Source of the DNA: a virus
Reading direction: 5' to 3' (one strand)
DNA length: 64,000 nucleotides
IMG/VR virus record: IMGVR_UViG_3300009514_000006
Location: 32,001 to 96,000 of that record
Shown: one piece after another, positions 20,399-28,717 of the stretch
Layout: each line of letters begins with the position of its first letter
How positions within the stretch are numbered: position 1 is the first letter of the stretch
Position numbers and translations under genes: made by a program
The notes under the pieces: model-generated
Databases searched by the model: none
What the model was told of the DNA's origin: nothing
Seen by the model: the letters and a program-made list of their open reading frames with translations, nothing else

Positions 20399-20729
20399 AA
20401 GTCATCACCTCCGAGAAGACCTTCATAACAACACTTCGATCATATAGAGTATCAAAATCCCACCAAGAAGGCTTTTGAATCAAACATACTTCTAACACAG
20501 CTATCATATAATGAAAATAATCAGTTTCAGGATCCATTCCTACACCGGTAAAGTTGCCATCATCATCAGTAACACAATGGTGTCCCCCGTTCAGCTCGTT
20601 CCGACGCCTCTGAACTTTAGAATGATCCATAATTGACAGTTTCCGTGACGTGAACTGTCCCTTGTACACTTCGTCATCTTCTTCAGAAGTGAAATCCAAA
20701 TTAAAAGTATTCAATTTTCCTTTATTCAT
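20238..20729 (-). CDS. Tail assembly chaperone (G-like)
   Basis: Between tube and tape measure. YKGQFTSRKLSIMD...AVLEVCLIQKPSWW...FENSFR, then a low-complexity tail. Confidence 0.75.
   Translation of the reverse strand: MNKGKLNTFNLDFTSEEDDEVYKGQFTSRKLSIMDHSKVQRRRNELNGGHHCVTDDDGNFTGVGMDPETDYFHYMIAVLEVCLIQKPSWWDFDTLYDRSVVMKVFSEVMTFENSFRKRRRGTAQESNTSAGSQGNSTKEPEEPLNDHLPQKVVGKEVQASLDA
20382..20390 (-). other. Candidate +1 ribosomal frameshift site UCC UUU CGU
   Basis: In-frame TCC TTT CGT at the end of the conserved part of the G-like ORF; the +1 frame is open from just upstream to 19880. Confidence 0.6.
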
Positions 20730-20750
20730 ATTAAAAACCTTTCAAATTAT

Positions 20751-21170
20751 TTATGGTCGCTCAGACTCGTCTCGCAAACGAATAGTAACAAAAGTTACAT
20801 TCTCAGACACAACACCTCGTGCAGTGATGTCAAAAGAATGTTCCTGAGCTTTACAAGCCTCAAACTGAGCCAGAGTGCTTCCTGTTAGCTTATCTTCTAC
20901 CGTACAGGTAAGGTCACCTGATGTAAGAATATTCTCAAGAGTAGGAAAGATACTCTGGGACTTCAAGGAGTTGCCTACAATGCGAAAAATTTGCGCAGAC
21001 AACGTAGCCCTGTAGGCAACTGGAACGAATTCTTTCACTTCAAGAAGATCTAGAACATCAATAGGCTCATAGTCAATGCTCTCGCTTCCTGAAACCCCAC
21101 CAGCAAAACCGATTACTCGACCGTTAATCTTAAACCTACTTCTCGCTCCGCTAAACACTTGTGCAGCCAT
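20751..21170 (-). CDS. Tail tube protein
   Basis: 139 aa after the sheath. VFSGARSRFKINGRVIGFAGGVSG...VVSENVTF parallels the Twort/K-type tube; AAGGAG SD. Confidence 0.9.
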   Translation of the reverse strand: MAAQVFSGARSRFKINGRVIGFAGGVSGSESIDYEPIDVLDLLEVKEFVPVAYRATLSAQIFRIVGNSLKSQSIFPTLENILTSGDLTCTVEDKLTGSTLAQFEACKAQEHSFDITARGVVSENVTFVTIRLRDESERP

Positions 21171-21186
21171 GTTATTCTCCTTTTAT

Positions 21187-21379
21187 CTAAGCTAAGTTAA
21201 TTATGCCTTTACGGCACCTTTCCGACCTTAAACTACTTTTTGTTTTGTGCCCTAGAAGGGGATTCTCGGGCTAAACGCCTGGAAAGGTGCCGTAAAGGCT
21301 GGACCTAGAGACGTTGAGGAAGGGTGGGTTCACCACGGTGTTTGCGGACGTGGCCGACAAACTAAGCTAAGCTAATTAT
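21187..21379 (-). promoter_or_regulatory. Structured 5' leader of tube gene: 18-bp direct repeats flanking a perfect 19-bp inverted repeat
   Basis: Direct repeats CTAAGCTAAG(T/C)TAATTAT at 21187-21204 and 21362-21379. Inverted repeat GCCTTTACGGCACCTTTCC 21205-21223 with GGAAAGGTGCCGTAAAGGC 21281-21299. Confidence 0.7.
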
Positions 21380-21403
21380 ATGAAGTTTTTTAGCCTAAAT
21401 CAA
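21375..21403 (-). promoter_or_regulatory. Sigma70-type promoter for tube/chaperone/baseplate operon
   Basis: TTGATT-17 bp-TATAAT directly after the sheath stop. Confidence 0.7.
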
Positions 21404-21407
21404 CAAA

Positions 21408-23738
21408 TTACAACCTAGGAAGTTGGAGGAAGATATCAACCAACTCAAAAACAATACCAGTTACCGGGAACACTTCCACTTTGATACTTGCGATGTTCCC
21501 CGACACCGACACACGAAGTCTTCGGAAACCAGGGATTACAGTAGTGCTATTAAGATCTTCGGGATCCAACGAATCGACTAGCACATTTTCTTCTCGGAGA
21601 AGCTGAAGCTTGACGCCTGCTTGCTCCCGAATAGTAGCAACAGTGGCGGGCGTAGCTTTAAGTCCAGTGAAAGTATTTTCAAGGAAAGTGCGGAACTCAT
21701 AAGCAATGTAGCGCACCGCGTCACGAGTATGCGCATCAATGAAGGCAATGTTATCGTCCGCAAGATGAGTAGTAATATCACGCACCCATCGGAAGCCGCC
21801 GTTAGGACCAACTTCCGAGAACATAACGCCACCAGCGATAAGAGCATTTACATCAGTGATACTCTTGGGGTTCCACGAGCTGTCACGGGTAACACCAAAC
21901 GTCTTAACAAACTTAAAGGTAAGGGGTTCACCTACCTCGATAGCACCGCCACGCATACCGGCCGCCAACACTGCCGCAGACCATTCAGGCTGCTCAACAA
22001 GGCTACCGTCCACGTTAAGGACAGTGTGCTTCTCACCAAATAGCTGGACATCGGCGCTGTTTAGTTTAGCTGCTTGCGCAATGAGTTGTGCACGGGTGCC
22101 CGCCATGCCCAAGTAACCACCGCGCTCGTTTTTGCCGCCAGCATTGGCAGTAGCCACATGAGACAGCAATTGCGCTGCTACAGAAGAAAAACGAGCATTG
22201 TTACCGCCTAGATCTGCGGAGATTAGCGGGACAATATGATTTGCTCGGACTAACAGCATAGCATCGAAAGCCGCTTGAAAGGCAGCGCTAGAAGAAGACC
22301 CCGCAACCGCACCAATAAGGTAAACAGGGGCATCTAAAACAGATCCTGCCACACCACCGGTAAAGGCGGGTAGTTCTGACCCTTCATCAGATCCCACGCT
22401 AGCCTTAACTGCTGTAACCAGATCAGATAAATTTAAGTGGTCAACCAACACCTGGAGATCTCTTCGGAAAGTTCCTTTATTAACAGGATCAATGGCCGCG
22501 TCAAAACGGACATCGACAGAAGTGGCACGGGTCCCAAAATCATACGTAGACATAAGTACCGTATCTGGGTTAACTCCAGCAGGAACAGAGGCTACATAGT
22601 TTGTAGTAGAATTAATCCGATCTACTAATTGACGCAAGGTCTCTCCCGAAGAAAACGTAAATGGGCCTGCAACAGACAAGGGGTCATTAGCGGGCGATAC
22701 CGTTGAGGTCATGCCTGTAGACAATCCATTGGCTCCCGTAACAGACACAGTAGCCGCTGTCACATCCCGCATAGAGGCTACCGTACCGGTAACATCTGCT
22801 TGTTCGTCCGTAGTAAGGTAATGACCAACAGCAAGAGTAACAACCGGAGCAGTTCCTGTGGTGTGGCTCAACACTAACCGTTGAATTCCATTAGCAAACT
22901 GAATAACCCGTCCGTCATATTCATTAGCAGCGGCAGTTCCACCACCTGCCAAAGTACCAAAAGTTACCTCAGACGCAGTGGTGGACAAAACAGTACCGCT
23001 ATCCAGAACCGCTCCACCAGCATAGCGAATATTCAAGAACGAAGAACCACCTAGGTCACCAGATTGCTCAACAATGTCTTCAAATGTTACAGTGGCTACA
23101 AAAGTACCTGCGGTTACTCCCTCTTCAACTTCAACCGCCACTTGATTGGTGTGTTCCCCGTAATCTTTAGACGTTACCACTAGCTGAGAATACAGGACAT
23201 TAACAGCATCTGAAGTAGCTGGCACAAAAGAAAATCCAGGAGACACAGTAACCGAACTTGCAGCATTAGCGGTGATGCGACGAATTTCGCCTGAAGTTAC
23301 GTGCTGCAACCACCTGCCTACGTGCGCGCCTACTGTTAGACCGCCGGTGGTGAGGTTAATCACCGTGGCAGTAGAGGCGGCGGCCACTGTGTCAGCCACA
23401 ACAGCCTCGTCCCCTGCTAGTTGGGTGGAGGACTGGGTAGAGGCGTTGGTTTTGTATGCCAGAACCCGGAAAGCACCGCTAGGGGTCCTAGCGTCGTTTG
23501 AGGGGTCAAAGGCTAGCCGGATAGCATCCGCTAGTGGTCCCGAACGAAAAGCTTCTTTAGCAAGAGCAGGATCATCAATAGCAATGACTTCACCAGGCTT
23601 TCCGCCATCTGCTTCACCGATCAAAGCAATGATGCCATTGGTGGACAACCCGATAGGGGTTAGGGCCCGGGCGTTAATCTTGGTGATTGCCCCGGGCTTA
23701 AACTGCGTGATACCGCCAAACGTAACGCTGCGCGCCAT
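21408..23738 (-). CDS. Contractile tail sheath protein (with inserted surface domains)
   Basis: LIGEADGGKPGEV...AKEAFRSGPLADAIRLAF matches Twort/K-type sheath N-termini; C-terminal VRDITT...VEVFPVTGIVF. 776 aa, longer than typical. Confidence 0.93.
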   Translation of the reverse strand: MARSVTFGGITQFKPGAITKINARALTPIGLSTNGIIALIGEADGGKPGEVIAIDDPALAKEAFRSGPLADAIRLAFDPSNDARTPSGAFRVLAYKTNASTQSSTQLAGDEAVVADTVAAASTATVINLTTGGLTVGAHVGRWLQHVTSGEIRRITANAASSVTVSPGFSFVPATSDAVNVLYSQLVVTSKDYGEHTNQVAVEVEEGVTAGTFVATVTFEDIVEQSGDLGGSSFLNIRYAGGAVLDSGTVLSTTASEVTFGTLAGGGTAAANEYDGRVIQFANGIQRLVLSHTTGTAPVVTLAVGHYLTTDEQADVTGTVASMRDVTAATVSVTGANGLSTGMTSTVSPANDPLSVAGPFTFSSGETLRQLVDRINSTTNYVASVPAGVNPDTVLMSTYDFGTRATSVDVRFDAAIDPVNKGTFRRDLQVLVDHLNLSDLVTAVKASVGSDEGSELPAFTGGVAGSVLDAPVYLIGAVAGSSSSAAFQAAFDAMLLVRANHIVPLISADLGGNNARFSSVAAQLLSHVATANAGGKNERGGYLGMAGTRAQLIAQAAKLNSADVQLFGEKHTVLNVDGSLVEQPEWSAAVLAAGMRGGAIEVGEPLTFKFVKTFGVTRDSSWNPKSITDVNALIAGGVMFSEVGPNGGFRWVRDITTHLADDNIAFIDAHTRDAVRYIAYEFRTFLENTFTGLKATPATVATIREQAGVKLQLLREENVLVDSLDPEDLNSTTVIPGFRRLRVSVSGNIASIKVEVFPVTGIVFELVDIFLQLPRL

Positions 23739-23753
23739 AGTGTTTTCTCCTGA

Positions 23754-24005
23754 TTAGTAGTTCTTAAAGAGTAAGTCCCACGCTTCTTTAGACTTCTTTG
23801 AGCTACCTTTAACATAGGTAGCCATGCCCGCCTTATGGTGCGCAGGAAGCCCGAGGGAAGCAAAATATCGATCAAAGGTTAGAAGCACAACTGGTCCAGA
23901 CTTCACAACAGGGGCCGTAACGGAGACTTTCTTAGGTTCGCTAATCTGCATAAGTTTCTCTGTTGGGGCCTTTTCTTCAATCACATTAAGTTCTTTCTTA
24001 GACAT
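23754..24005 (-). CDS. Small conserved pre-sheath protein
   Basis: 83 aa; syntenic with the small ORF preceding the sheath in Herelleviridae-like tail modules. Confidence 0.55.
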   Translation of the reverse strand: MSKKELNVIEEKAPTEKLMQISEPKKVSVTAPVVKSGPVVLLTFDRYFASLGLPAHHKAGMATYVKGSSKKSKEAWDLLFKNY

Positions 24006-24020
24006 AATTAATCCTTAGCA

Positions 24021-25052
24021 TTAAATTACGGTTATAAGAGGCTTGCCGACTTCCAGTTCCGAATCAATTAACGTGGTTGACTGTCCCTCGGCCGTAGCTA
24101 TCAAACTAATATTAAACTGAGTAACAAGGTCTTCCAGAGGCTCAAACACATCAAAGGGATACATGAACTGAAGGTTTAGAGCCCTCATATATGCCATATC
24201 TGGTAGGTAATCTGTCCTAGGCAGGAAATCAGTACCGCCCATCTTAAGATTGATCACTCCTTGTCCCTCTAGAAACAGACGAGAAAGAGTCAAAATAGCC
24301 TTAAGAATTGTGTACAGATAAATTGTCTGCTCAGGATTAGAGCCAATTACCTGCACTTGATATGACAAGCTGTAAAGGGAACCCTTACGCTCAACAAATT
24401 GTCTATTGTTACGAGCATCATAGAGACTCGAAGGTTCCCCAAGAACCTCCATAGCCTCCTTGCGTATTTCAATGATACTAGTGTTGTCTGGAACAACTGT
24501 CCAGGCTGGCGTAACTACCAGGGTACTGTTAGTGTTGGACACCACATCACGGACCTGTCCAGCACCTGTGCCCCCAATAATATGAAGGGTCCTTCGCCCA
24601 AGGGGGAAGCCTTCTGAACTAGCAAAGTCATTAATCACCATCGATACTGAAGGCGGCATAATAACTGAGGTAGGGGTACCACTTGCGGCCCTAGTAGGAG
24701 GCAGCATGACCGATCCCAGACCTGACATGTTGGACACAGATCCAGCACCCATCAGCACTTCAGGAGGAATTCCTCCATCATAATCAAAAGGCTCAAAGCC
24801 TTCATAACCCATACTATCACCAAGATATACACCCTGCCTCTCAGGCGCTTCATTCTCTGAGCGGAGCAGGATAACAATAGCAGGTACCTTAAGGGTATCT
24901 CTTGGGTAGTTGATGGTCAGATCGATAGAATTGTTCGTAATGAAACTACGAATCTGTTCTTGATCAGATTGGCTAAGATTACGAAATAGCTGATCTATAA
25001 AACGAGAATCATTACGAAGAGTCTTAATTCCTCGTACGATAGTAGTTTGCAA
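24021..25052 (-). CDS. Tail terminator / tail completion protein
   Basis: TINYPRDTLKVPAIVILLRSENE...YQVQVIGSNPEQTIYLYTILK...MRALNLQF; position before the sheath. The start may extend to ATT at 25076. Confidence 0.7.
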   Translation of the reverse strand: MQTTIVRGIKTLRNDSRFIDQLFRNLSQSDQEQIRSFITNNSIDLTINYPRDTLKVPAIVILLRSENEAPERQGVYLGDSMGYEGFEPFDYDGGIPPEVLMGAGSVSNMSGLGSVMLPPTRAASGTPTSVIMPPSVSMVINDFASSEGFPLGRRTLHIIGGTGAGQVRDVVSNTNSTLVVTPAWTVVPDNTSIIEIRKEAMEVLGEPSSLYDARNNRQFVERKGSLYSLSYQVQVIGSNPEQTIYLYTILKAILTLSRLFLEGQGVINLKMGGTDFLPRTDYLPDMAYMRALNLQFMYPFDVFEPLEDLVTQFNISLIATAEGQSTTLIDSELEVGKPLITVI

Positions 25053-25092
25053 AACGAATTCTGGTATTAAAGAAATGGCTAATACTCCCGTA

Positions 25093-25542
25093 TTAGATTG
25101 TCATTCGAGACGCTAAGAAATCGTTAATGACTTCAGGAATCTGTTCTTGAACGGACGCCTCAAGTTTCTCTCGTTCTCCTGTAACATCGTAAGGAACCTC
25201 ACGAGCCGGGTACCACCACCCAGAAGAGTAAGAATATACGTTACGATAGACGCCGCCACCAAAAGGAATTACCCGTTTGCTGCCGCCGCGTAGAAAACCA
25301 GACTTAAGGTCATAGCCAGGTGCTGTCCGCGTTGCGTTCCCTCGTTCTCCGTGAACATCATGCATTACCTTAGCCACATGCAACCGAGTACCAATCATCT
25401 CTACTTTAAAACCTTCGTGACCTGCTTCTGCCAAGCGCTGCTCTAGCTCCCCAGGAATATGCTGTAGCATCTCCTCAAAGAGACCCTCGTAACCTACCGT
25501 AATACTACGGAACCATTTTTCTATAGTCTTAAAGTCAGCCAT
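25093..25542 (-). CDS. Neck/tail completion protein (HK97 gp10-like position)
   Basis: 149 aa between head closure and terminator genes, translationally coupled. Confidence 0.45.
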   Translation of the reverse strand: MADFKTIEKWFRSITVGYEGLFEEMLQHIPGELEQRLAEAGHEGFKVEMIGTRLHVAKVMHDVHGERGNATRTAPGYDLKSGFLRGGSKRVIPFGGGVYRNVYSYSSGWWYPAREVPYDVTGEREKLEASVQEQIPEVINDFLASRMTI

Positions 25543-26354
25543 TAGCAGTCCAACCGGGACTTAAGAGAAACTTTATCGGTAGGAGTAGCCAGTGGACTCG
25601 TATTAACAAAAGCGATATGTCTTTTGCGTAGGTACACTAACTCGCCCAAGTTCTTACCATCCCTGTCTCGACGCTCCATGGGCGCCCTAAACACAAGCCA
25701 CTCAAAGTAGGCATTGTACTTGATAGAGAAGCGAGTACCGACAGAGGGCTGATTGCCAACCCAACGAATAAGCCGGCCAGGACCCAGCTCAAAGTCAGTA
25801 CCCTCTTTGTAAACCCGATCAAACTCATCCTCACACCAGATGGCGCTAGCCGGCTCGTACCAGAGACGGTCTTCGTTGTCCACCAAAGAGGTCCTGTAGC
25901 CTTCGTTTCGGCTTAGGGAACCCGCTCCCCGGATAAGAACATGCCCGTCATTAAGCGGCTCAGGCCACGTAGCAGTGAGCTTATCATTAGCTCCAATTAC
26001 TCGGGTCATATTCGACGAGCAATCAGATTCTGACAGTTGCGGGCTAAACACCGCGTCACCAGGTTCGGCAATCCCAGTATCAATAATATTCTTCTGAAAC
26101 CGTATCCCAGTAATGGTCCCAGTAAGAAGTGCAGGCGCCCTAAAGAGCCAGCCATCATTACCACAGCGATCACAAAAGGGATCTCGTCGTCTTTGAGCGG
26201 CGTCATCTTGGAGACCTGCGTAGACATCCTCTACGCGACAAGTACAAGCTACACCAATCTCGTGGAGCATTTGGAGCCCACGATTATTAATGAGCCCTTC
26301 CTGTAAGCCAGGCTCAAAATCGATACCTAAACCTCTATTAAGACCCTTAGCCAC
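25542..26354 (-). CDS. Head closure / neck protein
   Basis: GLQMLHEIGVACTC...PFCDRCGNDGWLF Cys motif resembles the Herelleviridae neck protein that follows the adaptor. Confidence 0.75.
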   Translation of the reverse strand: MAKGLNRGLGIDFEPGLQEGLINNRGLQMLHEIGVACTCRVEDVYAGLQDDAAQRRRDPFCDRCGNDGWLFRAPALLTGTITGIRFQKNIIDTGIAEPGDAVFSPQLSESDCSSNMTRVIGANDKLTATWPEPLNDGHVLIRGAGSLSRNEGYRTSLVDNEDRLWYEPASAIWCEDEFDRVYKEGTDFELGPGRLIRWVGNQPSVGTRFSIKYNAYFEWLVFRAPMERRDRDGKNLGELVYLRKRHIAFVNTSPLATPTDKVSLKSRLDC

Positions 26355-26360
26355 TAGTGG

Positions 26361-26389
26361 ATTCTATTCTTAAAAGCCCTTAAAGTCAA
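26361..26389 (-). promoter_or_regulatory. Sigma70-type promoter, predicted leaderless transcript
   Basis: TTGACT-17-TAGAAT; the GTG start of the neck gene is the 7th base after the -10 box; no SD. Confidence 0.7.
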
Positions 26390-26431
26390 GCTATTTGTAC
26401 AGCTGATTTGTCTTGACTATTGCCATAGCAA

Positions 26432-27079
26432 TCAGACTTTTACAGACACAAAAGCACCAGAAGACAATCGTTTCGTACCAAGCGCAACAGTACCAGGGTG
26501 CGATTTAGGAGCAGTCTCATGCTCGGGCCGTAGGTCTGGGATGTACCGCTGTATTATCAATATATGATCATATATAACCGTGGCGCGGTACACATCTGAA
26601 GCTTGGCCCCTATTGTCGTCCACAAGAAGGTATCCTTGTTGCGGCAAGTTTTGTACAACCCTGCCTACTATCACTGTCCTATGTCCGCCCTTCCTGGCAG
26701 ATCTAGAACGGTCATTCGGTTCCAATACCTTCTGCTTATTCGGAAGAATCTTAGGAAGCAAATGCCACCCTGGCTTCATCGCTATGCGAACCACATCCCC
26801 TGGTTTGAGATCAGTAATATGCACAACGATAGGAGGAGTAGGATCTTCAAAAGTCAGGTACCTAATATCAAGACTAGATTCATCTGAAGGCGGGTCTACC
26901 AAAGCGACTACCCCGGCAGAGGGGTCAGTCTCTACAAAGGCTGTGTCTTGACAAAGAATCCCGTTAACGAATACGTGAACAGTTCCAGGCAGATATGGAG
27001 GAAATCTAACAACAAATGTAGTACGTACACCATCAACACTGATCGTATGGTCCTCTATTAATTCAATGGGATTAGGCAA
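26432..27079 (-). CDS. Virion protein: N-terminal small beta-module plus unknown C-domain
   Basis: N-terminal VDGVRTTF...VHVFVNG...FVE...PP module paralogous to its two neighbours. Confidence 0.5.
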   Translation of the reverse strand: MPNPIELIEDHTISVDGVRTTFVVRFPPYLPGTVHVFVNGILCQDTAFVETDPSAGVVALVDPPSDESSLDIRYLTFEDPTPPIVVHITDLKPGDVVRIAMKPGWHLLPKILPNKQKVLEPNDRSRSARKGGHRTVIVGRVVQNLPQQGYLLVDDNRGQASDVYRATVIYDHILIIQRYIPDLRPEHETAPKSHPGTVALGTKRLSSGAFVSVKV

Positions 27080-27080
27080 C

Positions 27081-27305
27081 CTACACCACCGTAGTATAAT
27101 GAACCTGGAGAAATTCCCAAGATTCTAGTATCTCATTAATCCTAAAAGTGGTTCCACCTAACTCTACAACACATACTTTCTGGGTTAGCTGACCGTTCCT
27201 AAAGGCACGGACAGTACCCACCACATAAGTCGCTGAGGTGTTGAAGGTGTCGTTAGCACCGTCGAGAACACCGATTGCATCTTCTATGATACTCTTACGT
27301 CCCAT
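27081..27305 (-). CDS. Small virion beta-module protein
   Basis: GVLDGANDTF...VRAFRNGQL; paralogous module. Confidence 0.5.
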   Translation of the reverse strand: MGRKSIIEDAIGVLDGANDTFNTSATYVVGTVRAFRNGQLTQKVCVVELGGTTFRINEILESWEFLQVHYTTVV

Positions 27306-27309
27306 AAGG

Positions 27310-28332
27310 TCACGAAGAGACCGGAGTAAAATCTATTATAATGATATCACCTGGTTGTGGTGCTTCGGAAAACGTTATGATATCATACCCTTCAGTGGCT
27401 ATGGACTCAGTCGCCTCATAATCGTTACCAGAACCTTCTTTCTGGCTGGCTCCGTTCAAGTACACTCTTTCTTTAATTGTAGTATCGCGTTGCCATTTAA
27501 CGGTAGACGTAAATACTGTGTTGAAACCGTCGATAACCCCGGTTAATGGTTGATCGTAAGATCTGGCGTCTTCGACTATGGTGACATCGCCACCGACACT
27601 AATTACATCACCGGCAACTACTCCAACGTTACTCACATTACCGATAAGATCGTCGTCTACGAAGCTAACATTACCACCGATATCTCCGATAGCGTCACCA
27701 AAGACGTTAAAGACATTGGTGGTGGTATTGATGGCTGTGCTACCAATATACCTGAAGCCCATAACGTAAGGATTGGCAACCGAGAAGTCGCTGGAGAGGA
27801 GGAGGATGCCTGTAGCATAGTCCCAAAACCAAGCAACCTTTTTATTTGCTCCTGTTCCAGTTGTGCCTGTAGTCGTGAACACTTCGGTACCCCCAGATCC
27901 AGGATCGCCCTCAAACAGGCGAACAGTATACCCCGTACTCGGAAGACCGTTTGCTAGGGGTACAAACTGTGGGAGAATCCAGTTATTCAATCTGCTACTG
28001 GTAAAATCCCCATACGTAGACAAGGCCATGTAGGTACCAGCGGTACCAGGAACAGGGGTTAATCGAATAGAGTTAGCCGGAACACTGAGGTCCTGTACTA
28101 TGTCCTCTAGAGGATTACCAACCGAAGCTAAGGTCTGTGCGGTAGTAATGTTAACGGCTGGATTAGCCAATAGCACAGACAAATCTGGGTCCGTCCATAC
28201 GCTACCACCGGCTGACACAAAGGCGTTGGGAGTAACGCTCTCATACCAAGCCTTGGCTGGATCTGCATCTTTAACTCCGGCAATCAGAGCTTTAGATGCA
28301 ATTTTGATTTCTTCAGCGTCGGTGAAGGACAA
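27310..28332 (-). CDS. Virion structural protein with C-terminal beta-module
   Basis: TTG start with AAGGAG SD; C-terminal GVIDGFNTVF...VYLNGASQKEG..NDY...ITFSEAPQPGDII. Confidence 0.6.
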   Translation of the reverse strand: MSFTDAEEIKIASKALIAGVKDADPAKAWYESVTPNAFVSAGGSVWTDPDLSVLLANPAVNITTAQTLASVGNPLEDIVQDLSVPANSIRLTPVPGTAGTYMALSTYGDFTSSRLNNWILPQFVPLANGLPSTGYTVRLFEGDPGSGGTEVFTTTGTTGTGANKKVAWFWDYATGILLLSSDFSVANPYVMGFRYIGSTAINTTTNVFNVFGDAIGDIGGNVSFVDDDLIGNVSNVGVVAGDVISVGGDVTIVEDARSYDQPLTGVIDGFNTVFTSTVKWQRDTTIKERVYLNGASQKEGSGNDYEATESIATEGYDIITFSEAPQPGDIIIIDFTPVSS

Positions 28333-28335
28333 AAA

Positions 28336-28545
28336 TTATCTCTCCTTAATTTTAGTGGTTAAGGAGACGTTGCTGCCGGTTATTCGGTTATATTTGGATA
28401 ATTTAGACGAATGACGATCAATGCGACATTCTTTACAGTACCTGTCTAACCCTGACTTCCGGGCTGCGAAGTACTCTGAGGCGGGCTTCTCATGCTCACA
28501 TTTTTGGCACTTAAATAGCATCTCAAATAAATACCCTACAGTCAA
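28336..28545 (-). CDS. Small Cys4 zinc-finger protein (resembles the N-terminal finger of HNH/EndoVII homing endonucleases)
   Basis: KCQKCEHEKPASEYF...GLDRYCKEC; no nuclease domain follows. Confidence 0.5.
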   Translation of the reverse strand: MTVGYLFEMLFKCQKCEHEKPASEYFAARKSGLDRYCKECRIDRHSSKLSKYNRITGSNVSLTTKIKER

Positions 28546-28700
28546 TCAGACTGGTCTTCAGCTAGAAACTGAAATACTGATTTTCTGAACTCATTTAGGG
28601 GAAGATGGTGAACAATAACCATGCCATCTGTAGCCTTAATGCTGATGGACACAGTTTTTGCTTCCTTATTGATATTTATTTTAACAGGTTCTGTAAACAT
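28542..28700 (-). CDS. Unannotated 52-aa hypothetical protein
   Basis: My translation: MFTEPVKININKEAKTVSISIKATDGMVIVHHLPLNEFRKSVFQFLAEDQSD. Fills the gap; its TGA overlaps the TTG of the next ORF. Confidence 0.5.
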   Translation of the reverse strand: MFTEPVKININKEAKTVSISIKATDGMVIVHHLPLNEFRKSVFQFLAEDQSD

Positions 28701-28717
28701 GTCAAATTATTCTATAC

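Noticed and set aside
21171-21407. Group I intron or tRNA
   Set aside because: Intergenic, too short, and no P7/catalytic core or cloverleaf motifs recognised.
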